This document shows positions 1 to 10,749 of a stretch of 41,657 nt of DNA, one piece after another (within the stretch, counting starts at the first letter, position 1; each line of letters begins with the position of its first letter). The translations under genes were made by a program, and so were the position numbers. The stretch lies in contig BTVJ01000062.1 of NCBI GenBank assembly GCA_045863395.1, positions 1 through 41,657 on the forward strand, written 5' to 3'. A model generated the notes under the pieces. The model searched no databases. It saw only the letters and a program-made list of their open reading frames with translations, and was not told the DNA's origin. This DNA comes from Myxococcales bacterium (GTDB lineage Bacteria; Myxococcota_A; UBA9042; JABWCM01; BTVJ01).

Positions 1-448
1 GCCAGTCCCCCTCCGGCGTGCTGTGATTTGCGCGGTTTCCGATGCGCGTCAACACGCGTCTTGCTGAACCCGCGCTGTCGCCAGGCAGGTCGCGTTCACC
101 CCACCGGCCGCGCGGCCGTTCGAGCCAGGGGCTCACGCGGGGCGCAGTCCACCTACGGTCGAACACGCGCTTCGTGCTGACAGCCGGCGCTGCCGACGGG
201 GCCACTCCCGAGATTGCCTCCGCCAGGATTGCCTCCGGGGCTTACGCCCCTACGGCAGTCTTGGCTACGGCAGTCTCCACAGCCAACATCACCGTGAACC
301 ACCTCCTGCGAAGTCCCACGTCCGCCAATGGCCTAGGTCACCCCACATGGTCGCGTCGCGCCCCAAGGCATCGGGACCGGCAGACTCATCACACGCTCTC
401 CCTGAGGCTCGACCGGCTCCCCCATCAAGTGCCATATTCCGCGCCCCC

Positions 449-894
449 TCACCCCCGCCACCAAGCCACGAGCGCCTCCCCCACTGCCGCCAGCACCGAG
501 AAGCGGATCACGCGGCCCAGCATCGTCACCGGCAGAAACTTGCGGAGCGGTATCTCGAAGCCGCTCGCCAGGGTCGCCAGCGCCACGATGGGGGGAATCC
601 CGGTCGTGGCTCCCGCCAGACTCAAGATCAAATAGTTCCTGTCGAGGTGGGTCTGGTACCTCCCCCTCGTCCGGTCGATCTGCCTGGCCAGCCAACCCCA
701 CCGCGTCAGCAACACGTGGCCGAAGTGGTAGAGCAGCACGTACATGCCGGCTTGCGCAATCGCCACGACTCCCCCCACCGCCACCGGGTTCCAGCCCAGC
801 TCGCTGCCGTAGTAGATGGCGGCGGCCTCCGGGCTCAGGACCCAGAAGACTGACCCCACGAAGCCGACTCCCATCAGCGTCAGGACCTGGAGGA

Positions 895-898
<4 letters not shown>
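449..898 (-). CDS. VTT/DedA (YqaA-like) small membrane protein
   Basis: 149 aa, hydrophobic; 'GIPPIVALATLASGF...FLPVTMLGRVIRF' resembles the DedA/VTT C-terminal GR-xx-RF motif; GTG start overlaps the oppF stop. Confidence 0.65.
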
Positions 899-1889
<991 letters not shown>

Positions 1890-1893
<4 letters not shown>

Positions 1894-2936
1894 CCGCCCT
1901 CCCCCGCCCTCACCGCCTCGACCTCCCAGCACCACGACACGTGCCCGCCCCCGAGCTCCACGGGCTCAGGGAACCTCTCCTTGCACACCGCCTGGGCAAA
2001 CGTACACCGCGGGTGAAACGGGCACCCCGCCGGCTTCCGTGCCGGGTCCGGCGGCTGCCCGTCGATGGTCAACAGCCGCTCGCGCGCCCCGGCCCCCAGC
2101 CGCGGCACCGCCCGCAGCAGCGCCCGGGTGTAGGGGTGGGCCGCATCGCCGAACAGCGCCTCCGTCGGCCCCGTCTCCATCACCTTCCCCGCGTACATGA
2201 CCATGACCCGGTGGGCGATGCCCGCCACCACGCCGAGGTCGTGGGTGATGAACACGATGGCCGTCCCGAACTGCCCCTGGAGCCTCGCGAGCAGCTCCAG
2301 GATCTGCGCCTGGATGGTGACGTCCAGCGCCGTCGTCGGCTCGTCCGCGATGAGCAGCTCGGGCTCGCACAGGAGCGCCATGGCGATCATCACGCGCTGC
2401 CGCATCCCCCCCGACAGCTCGTGGGGCCACGCGTCGATGCGGCGCTCCGGGTCCGGGATGCCCACCCACTTGAGCATCTCCACGCTGCGCTCCCGTGCCG
2501 CCCGCCGAGACACCCCTCGGTGGAGCTGCAGGACCTCGGTGAGCTGCCGCTCCACCCGCAGATACGGGTTCAGCGACGTCATGGGGTCCTGGAAGATCAT
2601 GGCGATGCGGTCTCCGCGAATGCCCCGCAGCTCCCGCTGCGACAGGCGCAGCAGATCCACGCCGTCGAACAGCGCCCTGCCCCCAGCCACCCTCGCGGGC
2701 GGCACGGGCAACAGCCCCAGGATCGAGTGGGTCGACACGGACTTTCCGCTGCCGCTCTCCCCGACGACGGCCAGGGTCTCCCCGCGTCCCACATGGAACG
2801 AGACACCGTCCACGGCGCGCACCACCTCGCCGTCCACGTGGAAGTGCGTCTCGAGCCCCTCTACCTGAAGGAGCATGCCGTCCGCTCTCCGCCCAGGAGC
2901 GCCACCAGCACCGCGACCAGCACGTTCATCACCCAT
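1890..2936 (-). CDS. oppD: Oligopeptide ABC transporter ATP-binding subunit
   Basis: [49 protein letters not shown]; start placed at ATG 2936 (coupled to oppC stop), alternative ATG 2876. Confidence 0.92.
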
Positions 2937-4432
2937 CAGTCCTTCCCACTCTGCGGGTCCAGGGCGTCGCGCAGCCCGTCCCCGAGGAAGTTCATGCAGA
3001 ACAGCGTGATGGCCAGCGCGAGCCCCGGGTAGACGATCAACCAGTGATAGTCCTCTATCTTCGTCGCCCCCTCCGCGATCAGGTTGCCCCAGCTCGGGTC
3101 CGGGGGCTGTACGCCAAGCCCGAGGAAGCTCAGGAACGCCTCCTCCTTGATGACCGCCGGCACCATCAGCGTGGAGTACACGATGACCGGGCCCACGGTG
3201 TTCCGCAGCAGGTGCCGGAAGATGATCGCGAAGCTGCCGACCCCAGTCGCCCGCGCCGCCTCCACGAACTCGCGGGTCTTCAGTGACATGACCTGCCCGC
3301 GCACCACCCGCGACATGGTCAGCCACTGCACCGCCCCGAGCGCGATGAACAGGTTGACCGTGCTCCGCCCCACCGTGACGATGAGCAGGATGACCACGAA
3401 CATGAACGGCAGCCCGTACAGCACGTCGACGATGCGCATCATGAGGTTGTCCGTGCGCCCGCCAAAGTACCCGGCAATCGCCCCATACGAGATCCCGATG
3501 ATGAAGCTGACCAGCGTCGCCAGGAGCCCGATGGTGATGCTGATACGCGCGCCGTAGAGCATGCGCGTCAAGAGGTCTCGCCCCTTGCTGTCCGTGCCCA
3601 GCCAGAACGTGTGCAGCTCGGGCAGCCCCGGAAACTCCCCCTGGTCAATCACCAGATCCCGGTTGCGGTCGAACCTCCGAAGCAGGTCCTCCTTGTCGAA
3701 GCGCAGGTGCCGCGTCCCGGCGATCACCTCTTCCCGCGACAGATACTGGTCCCCGTTGGCGTCGAGGGCGCGGAATATCTCCTCTCCGCCTCTGACCCCC
3801 AAGGCGCGATACTCCGCCGACAGCTCCCCCGCGACAGGAAACTCATGGACGGACAGGTAATCGTCGGGCTGCTTGCCGAGCCTCTCCGCCGCGCTCACGG
3901 GTCCACCATGGGCGACCACGTCCCAGTCCGCGAACAGGAAGTCATAGAATCGAAACGCCTTGTTCAGCCGGTCAATCTCGGGGCAGCGCAGCGTCCCCAG
4001 GTCGTTGCGCACGATGTCCCGAAACGGGATGCCCCGGCCCTCGATCTCGGCGACCACCCTCCTCTCCAGCTCCGCATGGACCGTGCCCCCACCCGACAAC
4101 GCAAACACCTCCAGCGACCGCAGGCTCGGCAGGCTGAATCGCCCGATGGGCTCAAGATGACAGGCGATCCGCCCGTCTCCGTCCAGGTCGACGAGCCCGA
4201 AGGCGTCCACGTTCCCATCATACGAGGGCCGGTCGAAGGAGATGTCCGCCACCCCGGGCGGCATGTACGCGAGGCTCGTGTGCTGCTCGTCCAGCGAGAA
4301 GTGCGTCACCCACCGCGAGAGCAGGGGCGCGCAATAGCCCAGCACCGCGATGACCAGCACCACCGCCCCGCTCCAGACCGCCAGCCGGTTCTTCCGCAGC
4401 CTCCGCCACGCCTCGCCCCACGGTCCCCGCAT
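2936..4432 (-). CDS. oppC: Oligopeptide ABC permease with ~200-aa EF-hand-like insertion
   Basis: N-terminal 'AWRRLRKNRLA', 'FWLGTDSKGRDL', EAA loop 'EFVEAARATG', end 'GDGLRDALDP'; the insert carries DxNxD...E loops. Confidence 0.9.
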   Translation of the reverse strand: MRGPWGEAWRRLRKNRLAVWSGAVVLVIAVLGYCAPLLSRWVTHFSLDEQHTSLAYMPPGVADISFDRPSYDGNVDAFGLVDLDGDGRIACHLEPIGRFSLPSLRSLEVFALSGGGTVHAELERRVVAEIEGRGIPFRDIVRNDLGTLRCPEIDRLNKAFRFYDFLFADWDVVAHGGPVSAAERLGKQPDDYLSVHEFPVAGELSAEYRALGVRGGEEIFRALDANGDQYLSREEVIAGTRHLRFDKEDLLRRFDRNRDLVIDQGEFPGLPELHTFWLGTDSKGRDLLTRMLYGARISITIGLLATLVSFIIGISYGAIAGYFGGRTDNLMMRIVDVLYGLPFMFVVILLIVTVGRSTVNLFIALGAVQWLTMSRVVRGQVMSLKTREFVEAARATGVGSFAIIFRHLLRNTVGPVIVYSTLMVPAVIKEEAFLSFLGLGVQPPDPSWGNLIAEGATKIEDYHWLIVYPGLALAITLFCMNFLGDGLRDALDPQSGKD

Positions 4433-4433
4433 G

Positions 4434-5537
4434 TCAGCTCGCCTCCACGGTGACGCGCGGGTCCAAGAGCGTATAGGCGATGTCCACGAGCAGGTTCAGC
4501 CCCACCAGCAGCGCCGAGAACAGCACGACGACGCCCATGACCATCGGGTAGTCCCGGTTGAGCGCCCCCGTCACGAAGTACTCGCTGACGCCGGGGATGT
4601 TGAAGATGCGCTCCACCACCACCGAGCCGGTCATGATGCCCGCAAGCCCCGGCCCCAGGAACGTCACGCTCGGCAGGATCGCCCCCTTCAGCGCGTGCCG
4701 GAGCACGACCGTCGTCTCCGACAGCCCCTTGGCCCGCGCGGTGCGAATGAAGTCCTGGCGCACGACCTCGAGCATCCCGCCGCGGGTCAGCCGCGCGAAG
4801 TAGGCCGCGTAGATGAGGCCGAGCGTCAGGACCGGCAGGATCTTCGTCTCTGCGGTGGACCAGCCGCCGTACTCCACCCACCCGAGGTGTACGCCAAAGA
4901 CCAGGATGAGCACGGGCCCGAGCACGATGGCCGACATGCTGACCCCGACCATGCCGAGGGACATGAGCCCGTAGTCGAGGCCGGTGTTCGGCCGGAGCCC
5001 CGCCAGCAGCCCGAGCGTCACTCCCAACAGCACCGCAAAGCCCATGGACCAGAGCCCCAGCTCCATGGACACGGGGAAGGTCTGGCGGATCGCCTCATTG
5101 ACCGTCCACTGCCCACCACCCGACAGCGACACCCCGAAGTCGAGCCGGAGGTAGCTGCCCATGGACGTGAGATACTGCCTGACCAGCGAAGTCTTGAGCC
5201 ACGCAACGGTCTGCCCCGCCGCCACGGTCTCCCCCACCGCGACCGCGACGCCCAGGAGCTCCCCGTCAACCACCACGTCCACCCCACTGACGCGCACGAC
5301 CGCCCCCCGAGCCCCCTTCCCCGCCGGCACGGCCTCCACCACCCCAGCCACAGGCGCCACCACGGCATCTGCCATCCCATACGTCGTGTAGAGGTTGGCC
5401 TCCACCGCAAGCGGCAGCTTGCGGTCCGCGTCGAAGGGCCCGCCGGGCGCCCACCGCATCATGAAGAAGCTCAACGTCATGATGGCCCACAGGACCACCA
5501 CGCCGCTGACCAGGCGCCTGAGTAGAAAGCGCGCCAC
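4434..5537 (-). CDS. oppB: Oligopeptide ABC permease with biotinyl/lipoyl-like insertion
   Basis: 'ARFLLRRL', 'APGGPF', 'DFGVS', 'DFIRTARAKGL', 'RDYPMVMG', 'LDPRV'; GTG start at 5537 just after the oppA stop. Confidence 0.9.
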   Translation of the reverse strand: MARFLLRRLVSGVVVLWAIMTLSFFMMRWAPGGPFDADRKLPLAVEANLYTTYGMADAVVAPVAGVVEAVPAGKGARGAVVRVSGVDVVVDGELLGVAVAVGETVAAGQTVAWLKTSLVRQYLTSMGSYLRLDFGVSLSGGGQWTVNEAIRQTFPVSMELGLWSMGFAVLLGVTLGLLAGLRPNTGLDYGLMSLGMVGVSMSAIVLGPVLILVFGVHLGWVEYGGWSTAETKILPVLTLGLIYAAYFARLTRGGMLEVVRQDFIRTARAKGLSETTVVLRHALKGAILPSVTFLGPGLAGIMTGSVVVERIFNIPGVSEYFVTGALNRDYPMVMGVVVLFSALLVGLNLLVDIAYTLLDPRVTVEAS

Positions 5538-5541
5538 CGGC

Positions 5542-7260
5542 CTACCGCTCGAACCAGAGGTACTTGAGCAGGTGATTGTCGCGATACTGCGGCTCAAACC
5601 CACGGACCCAGGGCTTGAGCAGGTAGGAGCGCGTGTAGAAGTAGAGGGGCAGGATGGGCAGGTCCCGGTTGATGATGGCCTCCGCCTGGGCCATCAGGTC
5701 GTTGCGCTCCCCCACGTCCCCCGTCTGCCAGACCCGGTCGAGCAGCGCGTCATACTCTGGGTTCTTGTACGCCGCGTAGTTGCTCTCGCCCTGCGAGTGG
5801 AACACCTGCAGGAAGTTGTACGGGTCCGCGTAGTCCGCGCACCAGGACCCCCGCGCGATCTGGAACTCCCCCTCGTTGAGCCGCTTGAGCAGACTCTTCC
5901 ACTCCATGTTGGACAGGGTCGCCTGCACCCCCAGCACGTCCTTCAGGTTCCGCTGAATCGACTCGGCGATGAGGCGGTGTCCCTCCAGCGTGTTGTAGAT
6001 GATCTCCAGCGACGGGAGCCCCTTCCCGCCCGGATACCCCGCCTCGGCCAGCAGCCGCGACGCCTCCTCCGGATCGAACGCATCACCCTCGGGCGACTCG
6101 TACCCCATCTCCGCAAACATGGGGGGCACCAGGTGGGTCGCCGGAGTCTGCCCGCCGCGTGTGATGTGCTTGGTGATGCGCTCCTTGTCGGTCGCCCGGT
6201 TGAGGGCGCGCCGAAGCTCCACGTCGTTGAAGGGCGGCCTGTCCGTGCGGAACAGGTAGTAGTAGACGCACATGTACGGGTGGGTGTGGAAGTCGGGCCT
6301 CCCCGACGCCATCAGCAACGGGATCTTGTCGGTCGGCACCGTCCCCGGCGTCCAGTGCACCTTGCCCTGCTCGTAGAGCTGCCACGCGTTGGTCTCGCTC
6401 TCGCTGTGGAGCACCACCGCCCCACTCAACCGGACGCTGGCCGCGTCCCAGTAGGTGGGGCTCTTCTTCATGACCAGGCGCTCGCGGAGCTTGTTCTCCG
6501 TGAGGTGGAAGGCGCCGTTGGTCACGATGTTCTCGGGGCGGGTCCAGGCGTCGCCGTGGGCCTCGATGGCCTCCCGCGGAACCGGCGCATAGGCGATGTA
6601 GGGCAGCACCTTGGGGAAGAACGGCGTGGGCCCGACCAGCGTGACCTCCAGGGTCCGGTCGTCGACGACCCGGACGCCCACCTTCGAGAAGTCCCGCAGC
6701 GCCCCCGTGTTGAACTCCTTGGCGCCCTCGATGAACCAGAGCTGCTGGGCGTTGCGGCTCGCCGTGGCCGGCTCCAGGCCGCGCTGCCACGAGTACGCGA
6801 AGTCGCCAGCGGTCACCGTGCGCCCGTTCGACCACCGCGCGTCCCCCCTGAGATGGAATGTCCACGTCCGGCTGTCGCTCGACTCCCACCGCTCGGCGAC
6901 GCCAGGCCGTGGCGGCCCGTTGTCCGGCGCGTACACCAGCAGCCCTTCGAACAGGTTCATGCCGATGGTGGAGCCCGCGGTCTCGCTGATCTTGTTCGGG
7001 TCCAGGTACTCGGCGCCGACCTCGGGCCACACGAAGACGTTGTCGGCCGGCGCCGGGTCCCGAGGCATGGGGAGGTCACCCGTCCCGGTCGCGCGCCCCC
7101 CCTCGGCCGCCGCCTCCCGCACCTGCCCGGCCCCAACAGGGTCACCGACCAGCGGCACGGCGGGCGGGGGCGGGTCGCGGCGGCACGCCGCCAGGGCCAT
7201 CAGAGCCCCCAAGGCCACCAGGACCAAGGCGCGCACAACGGGTCGGGTCCAGTGCTGCAC
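5542..7260 (-). CDS. oppA: Oligopeptide ABC substrate-binding lipoprotein (family 5)
   Basis: Lipobox LAAC; 'LFEGL', 'PGVAERW', 'WTFHLR..ARWSNG..VTAGDF', 'NGAF', 'WCADYADP'. Confidence 0.92.
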   Translation of the reverse strand: MQHWTRPVVRALVLVALGALMALAACRRDPPPPAVPLVGDPVGAGQVREAAAEGGRATGTGDLPMPRDPAPADNVFVWPEVGAEYLDPNKISETAGSTIGMNLFEGLLVYAPDNGPPRPGVAERWESSDSRTWTFHLRGDARWSNGRTVTAGDFAYSWQRGLEPATASRNAQQLWFIEGAKEFNTGALRDFSKVGVRVVDDRTLEVTLVGPTPFFPKVLPYIAYAPVPREAIEAHGDAWTRPENIVTNGAFHLTENKLRERLVMKKSPTYWDAASVRLSGAVVLHSESETNAWQLYEQGKVHWTPGTVPTDKIPLLMASGRPDFHTHPYMCVYYYLFRTDRPPFNDVELRRALNRATDKERITKHITRGGQTPATHLVPPMFAEMGYESPEGDAFDPEEASRLLAEAGYPGGKGLPSLEIIYNTLEGHRLIAESIQRNLKDVLGVQATLSNMEWKSLLKRLNEGEFQIARGSWCADYADPYNFLQVFHSQGESNYAAYKNPEYDALLDRVWQTGDVGERNDLMAQAEAIINRDLPILPLYFYTRSYLLKPWVRGFEPQYRDNHLLKYLWFER

Positions 7261-7408
7261 CGGGGCCTCCTGGGTGGAGCGGCTACACTACCCCCGCCGG
7301 TTTCAGGGGGTCAAGCGACGGGGGGGTCGAGCGCCCTTGCTCCTTGTGATAGACTCGGCCCGTCGGCGCCTCCCACCAGGCGCCACCCGCGCCCGAGAGG
7401 TTGGCCCC

Positions 7409-8287
7409 ATGGCAGTAGATCGCCGCTCAGCTCCCCGGGTCGCCAAGCTGACCCCTGCCACGCTCGTGGGCGACAACCAACGCGACGCCGCGACGGCCGT
7501 GGACGTCAGCGGAGCCGGAGGGTTCCTGCGCACGCACCTGCTGCTCCCCGTCGGCAGCATCGTCCAGGTGACCCTCCAGTCCGGGCACGCCAGCGGCTCC
7601 GTCGCGCGCCTGCTTGCTCGCGTCGTCCGCATCGCCGAGCCCGGCTCCCGCATCTACCCGGTGCCCGGCGTGGGCATCGAGTGGCTGACGGCGTCGAGCG
7701 CTGCCGGAGAGGAGGCCCTGCGCGCCTTCCTTCGCGATACGCTGCACATCCCCGCCGAGCGCCTGGACCGCATCGCCGCACGGCCGGGCGACGCGCCCAA
7801 CGTGGCCGTGATCCCCCTGCACCGGGACGCGGACAAGCCGGTTGACGACGCCACGACCGGCGAGCTGGCCGTCCCCACTCTGGGCGACCACCTGCCCGCC
7901 ACGGCCCGCCGACATCAGCCCCCCGAGCAGCGGGAGGCGGACCGGTTCTGGGTCCGCACGGACATCGTCTACACCCTGGACGAGCTCCCCCACGCCGGCA
8001 TGGTCTTCAACCTCAGCGCCAAGGGCGCCATGGTCGCCACGCAGCAGCGCCTGCCGGACCGAGGCGTGGTCATCAAGTGCCGCATCCCGCTCACGGGCCC
8101 CTTCGCGGACTGCTGGCTCCGCTGCACCAGCAAGGTGCTGCGCCACGTCTCCATCAGCGGATCCAGGGGCGAGGGCTTCGTCGTGAGCTTCACGCACATC
8201 GACGAGATGGGGCAGCCGGGCGTGTTCCGCGCCTACCTGGACTTCCTGCGCCGCTCCCAGAGCGGAGGTGCCCTCCCTCACGGGTGA
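7409..8287 (+). CDS. Tandem PilZ-domain (c-di-GMP receptor) protein
   Basis: RxxxR + (D/N)xSxxG twice: 'RRSAPR...DVSGAG' and 'QREADR...NLSAKG'; ATG 7409 after GAGAGG; divergent from oppA. Confidence 0.8.
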   Translation: MAVDRRSAPRVAKLTPATLVGDNQRDAATAVDVSGAGGFLRTHLLLPVGSIVQVTLQSGHASGSVARLLARVVRIAEPGSRIYPVPGVGIEWLTASSAAGEEALRAFLRDTLHIPAERLDRIAARPGDAPNVAVIPLHRDADKPVDDATTGELAVPTLGDHLPATARRHQPPEQREADRFWVRTDIVYTLDELPHAGMVFNLSAKGAMVATQQRLPDRGVVIKCRIPLTGPFADCWLRCTSKVLRHVSISGSRGEGFVVSFTHIDEMGQPGVFRAYLDFLRRSQSGGALPHG

Positions 8288-8334
8288 GCACTTTCTGCAC
8301 ATGTGGCCGAGTCCCCCAGCCGCGCCCCGTCAGC

Positions 8335-8400
8335 ACCCAAAAATTCAAAATAATTTCAACAACTCACAAGCCAACAATCGGCTCGACATATGCATACCAG
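8335..8400 (+). promoter_or_regulatory. AT-rich intergenic tract, probable promoter/UP region of the downstream gene
   Basis: 'cccaaaaattcaaaataatttcaacaactcacaag' stands out in very GC-rich DNA; no -35/-10 boxes assigned. Confidence 0.35.
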
Positions 8401-8448
8401 TCGAGCGGGCCAACGTGTGGCCACCTGCCACGGCCCCGGAGGTGTGTC

Positions 8449-10716
8449 ATGTTGCGAGTCGGACGGATCGTATGGGCAGTCCTGGCCCTCCCGCTGACCG
8501 CCTGCATCGGGCTCGACGGCGGCAACGGAGAGACCGGCGACCTGAACTCCCGAATCCAAGGAGCGATCACGCTCGAGCAGTTCGGGAGCTGCCCGGAGGC
8601 GGAGACCTACCTGAAGACGATGGCGGTCGAGCAGATCGACCTCCAGGTCGCCGGCATCAAGAGCGGCAAGTGCTGGGGGTGGAGCTGCGCGATGCGCGGC
8701 GGCAAGGACTGGGGAGCGCCGGTCAACGCAGGCGGCGCGACGGGCGGCGCGGCGGGCGGCGAGGCCCCCTCGGGCTCAGGCGCCGCAGACTACAGCAAGA
8801 CCAACACGCAGGAGGAGGGCGTCGACGAGGCCGACCTGGTCAAGACCGACGGCGAGTGGCTCTACGTGCTGCGCGGCACCAACCTGCTGATCGTCCGCGC
8901 GACGCCGGCCGACCAGGCGCAGATCGTCTCGACCACGCCGCTGCCCGGCACCCCGGTCGAGCTGTTCCTCGAGGGCGACACCGTGCTGGTGTTCTCGACC
9001 ATGTGGGCGTGGCAGGCCGACGGTGCCCAGACTGGCCCCAAGGCATGGAACGACCAGCTCGCCATCATCGTGGTCGATGCCAGCGACCACGCGGCGCCCG
9101 TCATCCTGCGCACGAGCGTCGTCGAGGGCTCCTACGTGAGCTCACGGCTCGTGGACGGCACGGCCCACATCGTGGTGCGCACGCAGGTGACGCTGCCGTG
9201 GGCGGACGTGTCGGGCCTGAGCGGAGGCGGATCCGTCACCCCAACCGATCCCGATGGCGGGCCGGTCTCGCCGGCGGACGCGTCCGGGCCCAACACGGGT
9301 GGTGGCACGACCCCGAGCGAGGGCACGGACCCGGCGAACACCCCCGACCCGGGCAAGGCGGACGTGGCCGACCCGGACCCGCCCATCGAGGTCGGGAGCG
9401 AGGAGTGGCTCGCCAAGGTGGACGCGGCGCGCGACGCGGCCGTAGCCGCCGTGAACGCCCTGACCCTGGACGACCTGCTGCCGCTGACCTGGACCCTGGA
9501 CGCGGACGGCACGAAGGGCACCCCGGAGCGCCTCACCGCGTGTACGGACCTCTACCACCCGAGCGTGGCGCACGGCCCGGGCATCCTGTCCATCGTGAGC
9601 ATCCCGCTGGCGGACGCACCGCAGACCAGCGCGGCCATCGTCGGCAACGGCGACACGGTCTACGCGTCGACGCAGACCCTGTACGTGGCGAGCGACATCT
9701 ACAACGGCTGGTACGCGTGGTACCCCGAGAAGCAGGAGGACTGGCAGATCACGGTCATCCACGCCTTCGACATGGGGAGCAAGGTCACCTACACCGCGAG
9801 CGGCAAGGTGCCTGGCCACGTGCTGAACCAGTTCTCCATGGGCGAGCACGACGGGCGGCTGCGCGTCGCGACGACCAAGGACGTGTGGACGGGCACCGAC
9901 GAGAGCGAGAGCGCGGTCACGGTACTGCGCCGCGAGGGCTCGGCGCTGGTCGAGGAGGGCCGTGTGGGCGGCCTCGGCAAGGGCGAGCGCATCTACTCGG
10001 CGCGGTTCATCGGCGACAAGGGCTACGTGGTCACGTTCCGCCAGGTGGACCCGCTCTACACCCTGGACCTGTCGGACCCGGCGGCCCCAAAGGTCATGGG
10101 CGAGCTGAAGATCCCAGGGTTCTCCACCTACATCCACCCCTACGGCGATGACCACCTGCTGACCGTGGGGCGCGACACCCTGGACAACGGCGAGTGGGTG
10201 CAGCTCGCGGGCGTCCAGCTCACCATCTTCGACGTGACCGACCTGGCCGCGCCGACGCAGGCGCACAAGACGGTGCTCGGCGACGCGGGCACCACCAGCG
10301 ACGCCCTCTACGACCACAAGGCGTTCACGTTCTTCGCGCCCAAGGGGCTGCTGGCCATCCCGCTGTCGAGCTGGGGCTCCGGCCCGAGCGGCGGTGGCGG
10401 CGTGGTCCCCGGCGGCGGCACAGGAGTGGAGCTGGACCCGCTCACGGAGCCCTTCGCAGGCGCGGTGGTCTACGACGTCTCGCCGGAGACGGGCTTCTCG
10501 AAGCGCGGCACCATCGACCACTCCTCGTTCCTGGCAGGCACGGACGGCTGGCGCCCGGAGCACGTGAGCCGCACGGTGATCATCGGCGAGCACATCTACA
10601 CCATCGGCGACCTGGGCATGAAGGTCTGCGCCCTGGAGGGCCTCGCCCCCGTGGCATCGGTCGACTTCCCGCAGAGCGCGGGCGGCGACACTCCGAAGCC
10701 TGAGCCGGCGATGTAG
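8449..10716 (+). CDS. Secreted beta-propeller-domain lipoprotein
   Basis: GGAGG RBS then ATG; lipobox LTAC; family motifs 'YSKTNTQEEGVDEADLVKTDG', 'GHVLNQFSMGEHDG.LRVATT', 'ERIYSARF', 'VTFRQVDPL', 'GELKIPGFSTYIHP'. Confidence 0.85.
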   Translation: MLRVGRIVWAVLALPLTACIGLDGGNGETGDLNSRIQGAITLEQFGSCPEAETYLKTMAVEQIDLQVAGIKSGKCWGWSCAMRGGKDWGAPVNAGGATGGAAGGEAPSGSGAADYSKTNTQEEGVDEADLVKTDGEWLYVLRGTNLLIVRATPADQAQIVSTTPLPGTPVELFLEGDTVLVFSTMWAWQADGAQTGPKAWNDQLAIIVVDASDHAAPVILRTSVVEGSYVSSRLVDGTAHIVVRTQVTLPWADVSGLSGGGSVTPTDPDGGPVSPADASGPNTGGGTTPSEGTDPANTPDPGKADVADPDPPIEVGSEEWLAKVDAARDAAVAAVNALTLDDLLPLTWTLDADGTKGTPERLTACTDLYHPSVAHGPGILSIVSIPLADAPQTSAAIVGNGDTVYASTQTLYVASDIYNGWYAWYPEKQEDWQITVIHAFDMGSKVTYTASGKVPGHVLNQFSMGEHDGRLRVATTKDVWTGTDESESAVTVLRREGSALVEEGRVGGLGKGERIYSARFIGDKGYVVTFRQVDPLYTLDLSDPAAPKVMGELKIPGFSTYIHPYGDDHLLTVGRDTLDNGEWVQLAGVQLTIFDVTDLAAPTQAHKTVLGDAGTTSDALYDHKAFTFFAPKGLLAIPLSSWGSGPSGGGGVVPGGGTGVELDPLTEPFAGAVVYDVSPETGFSKRGTIDHSSFLAGTDGWRPEHVSRTVIIGEHIYTIGDLGMKVCALEGLAPVASVDFPQSAGGDTPKPEPAM

Positions 10717-10749
10717 ATCCTGGAGCAGGCGGGGGCGTTGCAGCCTCCC

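Noticed and set aside
212..276. Short direct repeats as a CRISPR array
   Set aside because: Only 11-12 nt, two copies each, 3-4 nt spacers, no cas genes
420..440. Sigma-54 promoter from TGGCAC on the minus strand (also TGGC hits near 12080 and 13394)
   Set aside because: No TTGC -12 element at the required spacing
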